DNA of 64,000 nucleotides. Origin: Actinomycetales bacterium (GTDB taxonomy: Bacteria; Actinomycetota; Actinomycetes; Actinomycetales; Angustibacteraceae). The translations under genes were made by a program, and so were the position numbers. The stretch lies in NCBI GenBank assembly GCA_035264765.1, contig DATFPQ010000268.1:923-64922 (forward strand), written 5' to 3'. Below are positions 43,022-52,123 of this stretch, one piece after another. The first letter of the stretch is position 1. Each line of letters starts with the position of its first letter. The notes beneath the pieces are model-generated. The model made no database searches. It was not told where the DNA came from and worked only from the letters and a program-made list of their open reading frames with translations.

Positions 43022-45070
43022 ATGCGCCAGGACCACCAGCCCGACCAGCTTCGTGGAGCCGACCGCTCCGTGGTGCCGCCCGGTCCGTGGCCCCTGACGC
43101 CGGGCAACCGCACCCGGCTGGTACTCGCGAGCGCACTCATGCTGTTCGTCGAGCTGGCCCTGATCCGCTGGACGTCGTCCAACAACCTTTATCTGGTCCA
43201 CCTGACGAACTTCGTCCTGCTGGCGAGCTTCCTCGGGATCGGCTTGGGGTTCCTGCGCGCACGCGCCGGCCGGGACCTCTTCCCGCTGGCGCCCGTGTTG
43301 CTCGCCGCGACCGTTGGCTTCGTGCTCGCGTTCCCGGTGCGCACGGGCACAGGTCCGGGCGGTCGCTGGGAGCTCGTCGGGCTGTTCGGCCTGCCGCCGC
43401 TGCCGCGGTCGTTCAGCCTGGCCGTCATCTTCCTGCTCACCGTGGCCACCCTCATGGCGTTGGCACAGGAGGTCGCCAGGACCTTCGCGACGTTCGAGCC
43501 GCTGGAGGCCTACCGGCTCGACATCCTCGGCAGCCTCACCGGGATCGTCACCTTCGCGGGCCTGTCCTTCCTGCGGTTGCCGCCACTGGGCTGGGCCGTG
43601 GTCGCGGCAATCGTTTTCGCCGTGCTGCTGGGCCGCAGAGCGAGGCGCTGGCCGGTCGCTGCCCTCGCCGTCCTCGTGCTGCTGCTGGGCGCGGAGTCCG
43701 TGCTCGGCAGCTTCCAGTGGTCGCCCTATTACAAGATTCAGACGCAGGACCTGCGCCATGGGCTGGTCCGCATCGAGGTGAACAACACACCGCTGCAGAC
43801 CGCCCTACCCGTCGAGGAGATTCGCCGGAGCTCGCAGTTCTACCTCTATCCCTACACGTACGCCGGGTCCCGCGACGACGTGCTGGTCATCGGCGCCGGG
43901 ACGGGGAACGACGTGGCCGTCGCTTTAGACCAGGGCGCGCGACGCGTCGACGCCGTCGAGATCGACCCGGCCCTGCTGCAGATCGGACGCGACCGGCATC
44001 CCGACCACCCCTACTCCGACCGGCGGGTGACCACGCACGTCGACGATGGACGGGCGTTCATGGAGCGGACCGACCGGCGCTACGACCTCATCCTCCTGGC
44101 GCTGCCGGACTCCGCCACGATCGTGACCGGCCAGGCGGCGCTGCGGCTGGAGAACTACCTGTTCACCACGCAGGCGCTGGAGCAGGCGCGCTCGTTGCTC
44201 AAGCCGGACGGCACGTTCGCGATGTACAACTACTACGAGCCGTGGCTGCTCGACCGCTACGCCAACACCGTACGGACGGTCTACGACACGGCGCCCTGCG
44301 TCCAGCTCGGCCCGAGCTACGGCACGCGGCAGCAGGCCGTGCTCACCCTGCGCAAGGACGCCAGCACGGGCGGCTGCACGACGACCTGGTCACCAAGGAC
44401 CGCCGCCCTCGAGCCGTCCATGGACGACCGGCCGTTCCCCTACCTCGGCACGCGCGCCATCCCGTCCTTCTACCTGTGGATGCTCGCCCTGGTCCTGCTC
44501 GCCTCGGTGCTGCTGGTGCGTGCTGTCGCCGGTCCGCTGCGGACCATGCGGCCGTACGCCGACCTGTTCTTCATGGGGGCAGCCTTCCTGCTGCTGGAGA
44601 CCAAGAACGTCGTCCAGTTCGCGCTGCTGTTCGGCACCACCTGGGCGGTGAACGCAGCCGTCTTCGCCGGTGTGCTGCTCAGCGTGCTCGCGGCGATCGA
44701 GGTTGCCCGGCGGGTGACCATCCGCCGACCGATCCTGCTCTACGCCGGGCTGCTCGCCGCGCTCGCCGCGGCGTGGCTGATTCCCCAGGACGCGCTGCTC
44801 GACCTGTCGCTGGCGCCCAGGTTCGTGGCCGGCGTGACGATCGCGTTCCTGCCCATCTTCATTGCCAACCTGCTGTTCGCGGTGCGCTTCAAGGGCGTCG
44901 GGTCCTCGACGGTGGCCTTCGGTGCGAACCTGCTCGGTGCCATGGTGGGCGGTGCGCTGGAGTACCTCGCCCTGATCCTCGGGTTCAACGCGTTGCTGGT
45001 CGTGGTCGCTGTCCTCTACGGGTTGGCGCTGCTCACCGGGCGGCGGCACCTCGTCGCCCAGATGGCATGA
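43022..45070 (+). CDS. Spermidine-synthase-like methyltransferase-fold domain embedded in a polytopic membrane protein
   Basis: ORF track. N-terminal ~7 TM helices, a central DVLVIGAGTGNDVAVAL...VDAVEIDP...YDLILLALPDS segment (SpeE/MTase fold), then C-terminal ~6 TM helices. Confidence 0.75.
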   Translation: MRQDHQPDQLRGADRSVVPPGPWPLTPGNRTRLVLASALMLFVELALIRWTSSNNLYLVHLTNFVLLASFLGIGLGFLRARAGRDLFPLAPVLLAATVGFVLAFPVRTGTGPGGRWELVGLFGLPPLPRSFSLAVIFLLTVATLMALAQEVARTFATFEPLEAYRLDILGSLTGIVTFAGLSFLRLPPLGWAVVAAIVFAVLLGRRARRWPVAALAVLVLLLGAESVLGSFQWSPYYKIQTQDLRHGLVRIEVNNTPLQTALPVEEIRRSSQFYLYPYTYAGSRDDVLVIGAGTGNDVAVALDQGARRVDAVEIDPALLQIGRDRHPDHPYSDRRVTTHVDDGRAFMERTDRRYDLILLALPDSATIVTGQAALRLENYLFTTQALEQARSLLKPDGTFAMYNYYEPWLLDRYANTVRTVYDTAPCVQLGPSYGTRQQAVLTLRKDASTGGCTTTWSPRTAALEPSMDDRPFPYLGTRAIPSFYLWMLALVLLASVLLVRAVAGPLRTMRPYADLFFMGAAFLLLETKNVVQFALLFGTTWAVNAAVFAGVLLSVLAAIEVARRVTIRRPILLYAGLLAALAAAWLIPQDALLDLSLAPRFVAGVTIAFLPIFIANLLFAVRFKGVGSSTVAFGANLLGAMVGGALEYLALILGFNALLVVVAVLYGLALLTGRRHLVAQMA

Positions 45071-45157
45071 GCGCGCGGGACGAGGACTTCGGAGGTTGCG
45101 AAGCCGGCCTTGCGGCGCGTAGGCACACCGGCGTAGCGTGCCAGTAAAGGTTGTGTC

Positions 45158-46423
45158 ATGTTAAGATCAAAGTGTTTCAGTCGGTGCGCCACAGTTCCCT
45201 TTACGGCCCGGCTCCGGGTCGCCATTGCGGTTATCGGAGCCGCGGGCCTGGTTGCGGGACTTGCCGGGCCGGCGTACGCGCAACCAGCTGCCGCGACTCG
45301 AGCGTCCGTCCTTTCAGCAGAGCACGGCCAGGGCGCAGTCCGTCGCGAGCTCCAGCGAGCGCTCGACGACGTCGTCGCCGCTGGTGCCAGCGGGATGACG
45401 CTCCGGGTGGACGACGGCAAGCACAGCTACCGGCTGGCCAGTGGGCAGGCCCGGCTGAAGCCGGCGCGGTCCATGCGCCCGGCCGCGAGGCTCCGGGTCG
45501 GTAGCATCACGAAGACCTTCGTCTCCACCGTCACTCTGCAGCTCGTTGCCGAGCGCCGGCTGAGCCTGAACGACACGGTGGAGCGGTGGCAGCCCGGGCT
45601 GGTACCCGGCGGCAGCTTCATCACCATCCGGCAGCTGCTGAACCACACGAGCGGGATCTTCAACTACACCGACGACGAGGCGTTCGTGCAGCAGCTGCTG
45701 GCCCACCCGTTGCGCGCCGTGACCCCGCAGCAGCTGATCAACGTGGCCAACGCCCACGCACCGGTGTTCCCGCCGGGCACGAGCTGGAGCTACTCCAACA
45801 CCAACTACATCGTGATGGGGCTGATCCTGCAGCGGGTGACGCATCGCCCGGTGTCCACGCTGCTCAGGCAGCGCATTCTCCGGCCGCTCGGCCTCCGGCA
45901 CACGTACCTCCCTGAGCGCTCGCCCGCTATCCGCGGATACCACGCCCATGGCTACCTGCCGCCATCCGTCACCGGTCAGGGCTACGTCGACTTCACCCGG
46001 ATCTCGCCCACCCTGGCGTGGACGGCGGGCGCGCTGGTGTCCAACGTCGGTGACTTGCGCCGGTTCTACCGGGCGCTGCTCGGTGGACGACTGCTCAGGC
46101 CGGCGCAGCTCGCGCAGATGAAGAATCTCGTACCGGTCGGGGACGGGCTCGGCTACGGCCTCGGCCTGTACAGCCTGCCTACGCCGTGCGGACGGATCTG
46201 GGGTCACGACGGCGGCATCCCCGGCTACGTGACCATCGCCTGGAACGACGAATCCGGACGGCGCGGCATCACGGTGGGGCTCCCGACCCAGCCGGACGAG
46301 CGGATCGGAACGGCGTTCAACCGACTCCTGGAGATCGCGGCCTGCCAGGCAATGGGGCAGGCGCCGACGGTTGCCCGTCCCGCTGCGAGCGCGATGCGGT
46401 GGGGGGTTGACACCGCACAGTAA
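45158..46423 (+). CDS. Secreted serine hydrolase (class C beta-lactamase / DD-peptidase family)
   Basis: ORF track. Signal peptide ending AYA. RVGSITKTF (S-x-x-K), YSNTNY (Y-x-N), LLNHTSGI. The first codons are AT-rich (ATG TTA AGA TCA AAG TGT). Confidence 0.85.
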   Translation: MLRSKCFSRCATVPFTARLRVAIAVIGAAGLVAGLAGPAYAQPAAATRASVLSAEHGQGAVRRELQRALDDVVAAGASGMTLRVDDGKHSYRLASGQARLKPARSMRPAARLRVGSITKTFVSTVTLQLVAERRLSLNDTVERWQPGLVPGGSFITIRQLLNHTSGIFNYTDDEAFVQQLLAHPLRAVTPQQLINVANAHAPVFPPGTSWSYSNTNYIVMGLILQRVTHRPVSTLLRQRILRPLGLRHTYLPERSPAIRGYHAHGYLPPSVTGQGYVDFTRISPTLAWTAGALVSNVGDLRRFYRALLGGRLLRPAQLAQMKNLVPVGDGLGYGLGLYSLPTPCGRIWGHDGGIPGYVTIAWNDESGRRGITVGLPTQPDERIGTAFNRLLEIAACQAMGQAPTVARPAASAMRWGVDTAQ

Positions 46424-46468
46424 AGATATATCGTGACTGTTCTCCGATACGTCCCTGGAGGACAACTC

Positions 46469-47035
46469 ATGAACCCGTTTCGAGAACACGGCGGCCACGA
46501 CGCCGCCCGCCACCACCGCGCCGGACACCGTGGGCCCGGACCCGTGGAGGGACTGCCTCGAGGTCCTCGCCGGCGCGGCCGCGTACCGCGCGGTGACGTC
46601 CGCGCCGCGGTCCTGCTGCTGCTGTCCGAACAGCCGATGCACGGCTACCAGCTCATGCAGGCCATCGCGGACCGCACCGGCGGACGCTGGACCCCCAGCC
46701 CCGGGGCGATCTACCCGACCATCAACCAGCTCGAGGACGAGGCCCTCGTCACCGTCACCGCCGACTCCGGTCGCAAGCTGGTCAGCCTCACCGACGCCGG
46801 CCGTGAGCACGTCGATGCCGGCCGCGACGCCTGGACCGACCCGTTCGCCGGCTTCGACGCGACCGGACCGGGCGCAGACCTGCGCGGCCTGCTCGAGCAG
46901 CTGCACGGCGCGGTTCGCCAGGTCGGCCGGGACGGCACCGACGCCCAGCGCGCAGCCGCGGCCAAGATCCTCACCGACGCCCGCCGCTCGCTCTACCTCG
47001 TGCTCGCGGAGGACCCACAGCTGCCGGACGCGTGA
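46469..47035 (+). CDS. PadR-family transcriptional regulator
   Basis: ATG at 46469 follows GGAGGA, in ORF 46433..47035. LLLLSEQPMHGYQLMQAIADRTGGRWTPSPGAIYPTINQLEDEALV. Confidence 0.85.
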   Translation: MNPFREHGGHDAARHHRAGHRGPGPVEGLPRGPRRRGRVPRGDVRAAVLLLLSEQPMHGYQLMQAIADRTGGRWTPSPGAIYPTINQLEDEALVTVTADSGRKLVSLTDAGREHVDAGRDAWTDPFAGFDATGPGADLRGLLEQLHGAVRQVGRDGTDAQRAAAAKILTDARRSLYLVLAEDPQLPDA

Positions 47036-47039
47036 GTCG

Positions 47040-47273
47040 TCAGAACGGCAGCCACGGCAGGAGGTCTGGCAGCAGATCCAGCCCGGCGAGGAGACCCAGA
47101 CCGCCGGCGAGGATCGATGAGGCTCCGATGCCGACTGCTCCATCTGGCCCGGCCAGTTCGGCACCGGGCCGGTGACGGGCGAGCCACGCTCCCAGGGGAC
47201 GCCGTAGCAGGATGATCAGGACGCCGAAGACAATGAACGGCGGTCCGACGTAAACACCTGCCCCCAGCTCCAC
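47040..47273 (-). CDS. Possible small membrane protein (about 77 aa)
   Basis: Only the C-terminal part of ORF 47040..47723 looks protein-like (GVYVGPPFIVFGVLIILLRRPLG...ILAGGLGLLAGLDLLPDLLPWLPF). Start guessed at GTG 47273. Upstream it overlaps GH127 antisense. Confidence 0.3.
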   Translation of the reverse strand: MELGAGVYVGPPFIVFGVLIILLRRPLGAWLARHRPGAELAGPDGAVGIGASSILAGGLGLLAGLDLLPDLLPWLPF

Positions 47274-47329
47274 ACCGGGAAGATAGGCCCTGACAGCGGC
47301 GACCGGAAGCCGATCGGCGCGGCGTCGCG

Positions 47330-49279
47330 TCAGCCCGCCTCCTCGCGGACCCACACCCGCATCTCTCCTGCTCCGCGGTTGGCCCAGGCGTAGTACGGCG
47401 CCGCCACGAGCTGCGCGTCCGTGCTGTTCCACGGGCCCGTGCTGTAGAGGGGGTCCGCTTCCTGCGACGTGTGCCGACGTCCTGCCGCCGTCAGTGCCGT
47501 GACTCCGGCCAGGCCGGCCGGCGACGGCGCCACGTCGAGGGCCGCGGCCCGCGGGAGGGCGAGGTCGTGCAGGGCCGGGCCGTTGTCCGCCTCCTCCACG
47601 CAGTAGACGAACGGGCCGTACGTCAGCGCCACCGCGCCGGCGTCGGCGGCGACCGCCGGGTGGGCGTACTCCCGGCGCCCGGCCAGCTCCAGCTGCAGCA
47701 CGACCTCGTCGCCGTCGGCCCACTGTCGACGCACGGACGCGTACCCGTTCACGGTCGCGACCGCCAGGTCGACGGCATCATTGGCAACGGTCAACGTGCT
47801 GGCCGCCGACCATCCCGGCATCCGCAGGGACAGCGCGAACTCGACCGGTGTGTCGGTGCGTACCGTGAAGCGGACCTCCCCGTCCCACGGGTAGCCGCCG
47901 CGTTGCTCTATCACCACGGGGACACCCTGAGGCGCGAAGCGCGCGGTGCCGGCGGCGTAGAGATGCACGACCAGCTCCTCGGGTCCGGCCGAATACAGGT
48001 ATCGACCCAGCGAGGTGAGCAGCCGGGCGATGTTGGGGGGACAGCAGGCGACGTCGAACCACTCGTGTCGCTCCACCCCGCCACGGCTGGCCAGCGGGTT
48101 GTCGTAGAAGAAGCGCTCACCGTCGAGGGCCACCCCGGAGAGGACCCCGTTGTAGAGCGCTCGCTCCAGCACGTCGACGTAGGCGCCGTTGCGGTCGATG
48201 TGCGTCATCCGGGAGGCCCACAGGACCAGCCCGATCGCCGCACAGGTCTCCGCGTAGGCGCTCTCGTTGGGCAGGTCGTAGTCCTCGGTGAAGCCCTCGA
48301 TCTCCGCGGTCGAGCCGATGCCGCCCGTGACGTACATGCGTCGTGTCGTCAGGTGCCGCCACAGCGTCCGGCAGGCCGCGAGCAGCGACTCGTCACCGGT
48401 CTCCACGGCCAGGTCGGCCATCGCGCAGTACAGGTACATCGCGCGAACGCTGTGCCCGACGGCCTCCGTCTGCTCCCGCACGGGCAGGTGGGACTGCATG
48501 TACTCCCGGTACTTCTCGGGGTTCTCGTCCCGGTCCCGGAAGTGGTCGCCGAAGAAGCCCGGAGTGCCGCGCCGCTCGGTCTCCTCGTCGAAGAAGAACG
48601 GCCGCTGGCCGCGCTCGTCCACGAAGTACTGGCCGAGCCGCAGGTAACGATCCTCGCCGGTCACGCGGTAGAGCTTGACCAGCGCCAGCTCGATCTCCTC
48701 GTGCCCGTCATAGCCGCGCAGCTGTCCGGGCTCGCGGCCGAACCGCTTCTCGATGAGGTCCGTGTAGTGGCACACGACGTCGAGCAGGGTCCGCTTGCCG
48801 GTCGCCTCGACGTGCGCGACGGCGGCCTCGATCAGGTGGCCGGCGCAGTAGAGCTCGTGCGCGTCCCGTAGGTCCGTGAAGCGCTGGTCCGGGGCGACGA
48901 CGCTGAAGTAGCTGTTGAGGTAGCCGTCCGGCTGCTGCGCCGCAGCGAGCAGCTCGATGGCCTCGTCGACCTGCGCCTCGAGCTTGGGGTCGGGTTGCGT
49001 GGTGAGGCTGTAGCTGGCGGCCTCGATCCACTTGGCGATGTCGCTGTCCCAGAAGATGTGTGGCACGGGATCGTCGCCCGGACGCCACTGCAGCCGGAGG
49101 GCGTCCATCCGCCCCGTGCTGAGCAGCTGCTGGTGCTGGAACGGCAGCGTCTTCTTCCGGACGGTCTCGATGCGAGGCGACCAGAAGGCATCGTCGATGG
49201 TCACGTCGCGGAGCGGCAGTGGGGCCACTCGGGTCGTGGGCGCGGCTGTCGGCGTCGGTTCCTGCGCGGGCGAAGACAT
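47330..49279 (-). CDS. GH127 (DUF1680) beta-L-arabinofuranosidase family protein
   Basis: ATG at 49279 in ORF 47330..49411. FWSPRIETVRKKTLPFQ...FWDSDIAKWIEAASY...QQPDGYLNSYF...ELYCAGHLIEAAVAH...CCPPNIARLL. Confidence 0.85.
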   Translation of the reverse strand: MSSPAQEPTPTAAPTTRVAPLPLRDVTIDDAFWSPRIETVRKKTLPFQHQQLLSTGRMDALRLQWRPGDDPVPHIFWDSDIAKWIEAASYSLTTQPDPKLEAQVDEAIELLAAAQQPDGYLNSYFSVVAPDQRFTDLRDAHELYCAGHLIEAAVAHVEATGKRTLLDVVCHYTDLIEKRFGREPGQLRGYDGHEEIELALVKLYRVTGEDRYLRLGQYFVDERGQRPFFFDEETERRGTPGFFGDHFRDRDENPEKYREYMQSHLPVREQTEAVGHSVRAMYLYCAMADLAVETGDESLLAACRTLWRHLTTRRMYVTGGIGSTAEIEGFTEDYDLPNESAYAETCAAIGLVLWASRMTHIDRNGAYVDVLERALYNGVLSGVALDGERFFYDNPLASRGGVERHEWFDVACCPPNIARLLTSLGRYLYSAGPEELVVHLYAAGTARFAPQGVPVVIEQRGGYPWDGEVRFTVRTDTPVEFALSLRMPGWSAASTLTVANDAVDLAVATVNGYASVRRQWADGDEVVLQLELAGRREYAHPAVAADAGAVALTYGPFVYCVEEADNGPALHDLALPRAAALDVAPSPAGLAGVTALTAAGRRHTSQEADPLYSTGPWNSTDAQLVAAPYYAWANRGAGEMRVWVREEAG

Positions 49280-49373
49280 GCGGCAAACGGTACCGATCCA
49301 CGTCGTGGTCGTCGTCCGGTCAGGGACGCGACAACGAGCTTCGCGGGCGCAGCGAAGAGCGCGCCTTCGTCGG

Positions 49374-50129
49374 TCAGCGCGACTCCGCCGAGACGGTGAT
49401 CCAGCGACCACCGGTGTCGGTGAAGGTCCAGGTGGGAACGCTGAAGGCCCCGCGGCCGTCTCGATCGGGCCGCACTTCGACGCCTGGCGTGGCCCTCGTG
49501 AAGGCGTCTCGCGTGGCCACCGGGTACTCCTCGTCCGCCACGTACTCCTCGTCCTCCAGGCCGCTGTGGTGCTTCACCCGGTCCCACGCCTCGGCGGCGG
49601 TCACCATCGGCGTCGAACCGTCGCGGACCAGCGTGGCAAGGCGCAGATCGAGATTCCGGATCCCCGTGGAGTCCACGGTGACCAGTCCGCCGACGGCGCC
49701 GCCCTCGTTCTGGATCACCGGCCGCCCGTCCACGACCGGGTCCACCGAGACGAAGGTCTGCGCCTTCTCAGCGGCTGGGCGGCGACCGTGCTCAGCTGGC
49801 CGCACGTCGAAGTGCCAGTCGTCGGCACCCAGACCCAGGTCGTCCTCGAAGAGCGCGCGCACGGCCGTGATGGCGCGCTCGGACGGGACGGCGTGTCCGG
49901 GCTCGTCGTGGGATGAGGACCAGACCGTGGTTGCGCCCCCGTAGCTGCCGGTATCGAAGGAGCGCGTGGAGTACGTGTAGGGGTCCCCGTTCTCGTCGTA
50001 GAGGCGCCGCGTCTGGTCCAGCTTCAGGCGATGGCGAGCCGCAGCGGAAAGGTGCACGGCCAGCACGGCGCCGGCCACGACGGCGGGCCGGAGCTGCCGG
50101 CTCCCGGAGCGGTTCTTCGCTGCGGCCAT
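49374..50129 (-). CDS. Membrane-anchored hypothetical protein
   Basis: ATG at 50129 in ORF 49374..50228. N-terminal anchor RPAVVAGAVLAVHLSAAA. No family recognised. Confidence 0.5.
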   Translation of the reverse strand: MAAAKNRSGSRQLRPAVVAGAVLAVHLSAAARHRLKLDQTRRLYDENGDPYTYSTRSFDTGSYGGATTVWSSSHDEPGHAVPSERAITAVRALFEDDLGLGADDWHFDVRPAEHGRRPAAEKAQTFVSVDPVVDGRPVIQNEGGAVGGLVTVDSTGIRNLDLRLATLVRDGSTPMVTAAEAWDRVKHHSGLEDEEYVADEEYPVATRDAFTRATPGVEVRPDRDGRGAFSVPTWTFTDTGGRWITVSAESR

Positions 50130-50303
50130 GACGTTGTTTCGGCCGCCGATGGGACGAGTACATCGGTCCTTACCCAAGGTTGCGCCAGATGGGGGGACCC
50201 GCCTTCTCTCCAGCGCCTCGTCCCCCACCCGGCCGTCGTAGCCATTTCCGGACGCGGACCTCGGAGGTAGCGTCGGCCCGTTGGCTCACCGTGGGGAGAC
50301 GCG

Positions 50304-51437
50304 ATGGCGAACCGTACGGATCTGCTCGTCATCGGCGCCGGCCCCTACGCGTACTCCGCGGCGGCCTTCGCGCGCCACAACGGCATCGGCGTCCACCTCG
50401 TCGGATCTCCGATGGCGTTCTGGCGGGAGCACATGCCGGCTGACATGTACCTGCGGTCGGGAGCCGACTGGCACCTCGACGCACATGGTCAGCACACCTT
50501 TGAGGCGTTCTTCGAGGACCGCGGCATGCGGCCGGACGAGCTGCGCCCGACACCCATCGGGACCTTTCTGGAGTACACGGAGTGGTTCCGGGAGCGACAG
50601 TCGCTCGACGTCGACGCACGCCTCGTGCACAACCTGGCCGCGCCGAACGGCCACTTCGTGGCGACGCTGGAAGACGGTTCGACGATCACCGCAGATAAGG
50701 TGCTGGCCGCCCCTGGGGTCGCCAGCTTCGTCAACCTGCCGAGCTGGTACGCCGAGGTCCCGGCGGCACGCCGCGCGCACACGAGCGACGTGACCTCATT
50801 CGGGCAGCTCGCAGGTGCCCGGGTCGTGATCATCGGCGGGCGACAAAGCGCGTACGAGTGGGCGGCGCTGTCGTGCGACCACGGCGCCGAGCGCGTGGAC
50901 GTGGTGCACCGCCACAGCATCCCGAGGTTCGCCGAGGTCAGTTGGAGCTTCGTCGACCAGTACGTGGACGAGACGCTGAAGACGCCCGGGTTCTGGCGGG
51001 GGCTCTCTGCCCACCAGCGACACGAGATCGCCAACAAGTTCTGGGAGGTCGGACGGCTGACCCTCGAGCCCTGGCTCGTGCCGCGGCTCGCACCCAATGT
51101 CGTGACGAGCCATCCGGGCTGCGAGGTCGTCTCAGTGGCCGTGCATGGCGAGGCCATGACCCTGACGCTGTCCGGGGGCGCGACGCTGACCGCGGACTAC
51201 GTCGTATTCGGTTCCGGCTATACGGCTGACTTCAACCGGGTGCCTTACCTTGCCGGAGTTCTGGACCGGGTGTCGGTGACGGACGGCTTCCCCGACCTGA
51301 CCGAAGGCTTCCAGACCTCGCTACCCGGTCTCTACGTGACCGGGTTCTCGTCGACCCGCGACTTCGGCCCCTTCTTCGGGTTCACCAAGGGCTGCCCTTC
51401 GTCCGCGCGCATCGCCGTCGCGGACATGTTGCGATGA
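50304..51437 (+). CDS. FAD/NAD(P)-binding oxidoreductase (two dinucleotide-binding motifs)
   Basis: ORF track. DLLVIGAGPYAYSAA and RVVIIGGRQSAYEWA (GxGxxG/A motifs). Confidence 0.7.
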   Translation: MANRTDLLVIGAGPYAYSAAAFARHNGIGVHLVGSPMAFWREHMPADMYLRSGADWHLDAHGQHTFEAFFEDRGMRPDELRPTPIGTFLEYTEWFRERQSLDVDARLVHNLAAPNGHFVATLEDGSTITADKVLAAPGVASFVNLPSWYAEVPAARRAHTSDVTSFGQLAGARVVIIGGRQSAYEWAALSCDHGAERVDVVHRHSIPRFAEVSWSFVDQYVDETLKTPGFWRGLSAHQRHEIANKFWEVGRLTLEPWLVPRLAPNVVTSHPGCEVVSVAVHGEAMTLTLSGGATLTADYVVFGSGYTADFNRVPYLAGVLDRVSVTDGFPDLTEGFQTSLPGLYVTGFSSTRDFGPFFGFTKGCPSSARIAVADMLR

Positions 51438-51497
51438 AGCGGGCGATATGAAGCGGGCGACACAGACGCTGGCTCCTGGCATCCACTGCCGCGCGGG

Positions 51498-51920
51498 TCA
51501 GCTCACGCAGAGCTCGTTGCCCTCGGGATCGCGCATGGTCGTGACCTCCGGACCGCGGCCGGACGTCGTCCACGCGACCGCGGCGCCCAACGACAGCAGG
51601 CGGTCGACCTCCTCCTGACGGCGCTCGGGGCCGACATGGAGGTCGAGATGGACCCGGTTCTTGACCGTCTTCGGTTCCGGTACGCGCTGGAAGAACAGGC
51701 GGGGACCCGTGCCGTCCGGGTCGGAGCAGGCCGCGACGTCGCGGAAGGCGCGACGGCCCGCGACCTCGACGACCTCGCTGGGATCCAGTCGGCCGGACGC
51801 CAGCAGCCCCCCGACCACGCGGCTGTGGTCCTCCACGTCGTACCTCAGCGCCTCCGCCCAGAACCGCGCCACCGCGTGCGGCTCCGCCGTGTCGAAGACC
51901 ACCTGAACTCTCGTGCCCAT
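51498..51920 (-). CDS. VOC/glyoxalase-like domain protein
   Basis: ORF track. VVFDTAEPHAVARFWAEALRY...RVHLDLHV...TTMRDPEGNELCV. Confidence 0.75.
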   Translation of the reverse strand: MGTRVQVVFDTAEPHAVARFWAEALRYDVEDHSRVVGGLLASGRLDPSEVVEVAGRRAFRDVAACSDPDGTGPRLFFQRVPEPKTVKNRVHLDLHVGPERRQEEVDRLLSLGAAVAWTTSGRGPEVTTMRDPEGNELCVS

Positions 51921-52123
51921 CGTTGCCTCCGGAGTGTGTATCGGACGGCGTACCAGGCTCAGGCCTATCGAAACCGCGGCGCCAGCGCCAGGCCAGGCGG
52001 TTGTACTCCGTTGCGCCGAACCGAACCCCTCGCGCCCAGCCTCTCAGTAGCCCATAGGCGCAGGAGCCCGACGGTGCGATGCTGGCTAGGTCGGTCTCGA
52101 GCGCCTCAGGGGAAGGCCGAGCC

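Noticed and set aside
45142-46425. Mobile element or insertion cassette carrying the serine hydrolase
   Set aside because: Only an 8-bp direct repeat and AT-rich edges are present. There is no transposase, integrase, terminal inverted repeats or att-like tRNA. I report it as an oddity, not as a mobile element.
45314-47164. 616-aa minus-strand ORF
   Set aside because: It is antisense to the beta-lactamase-fold and PadR genes and has no motifs.
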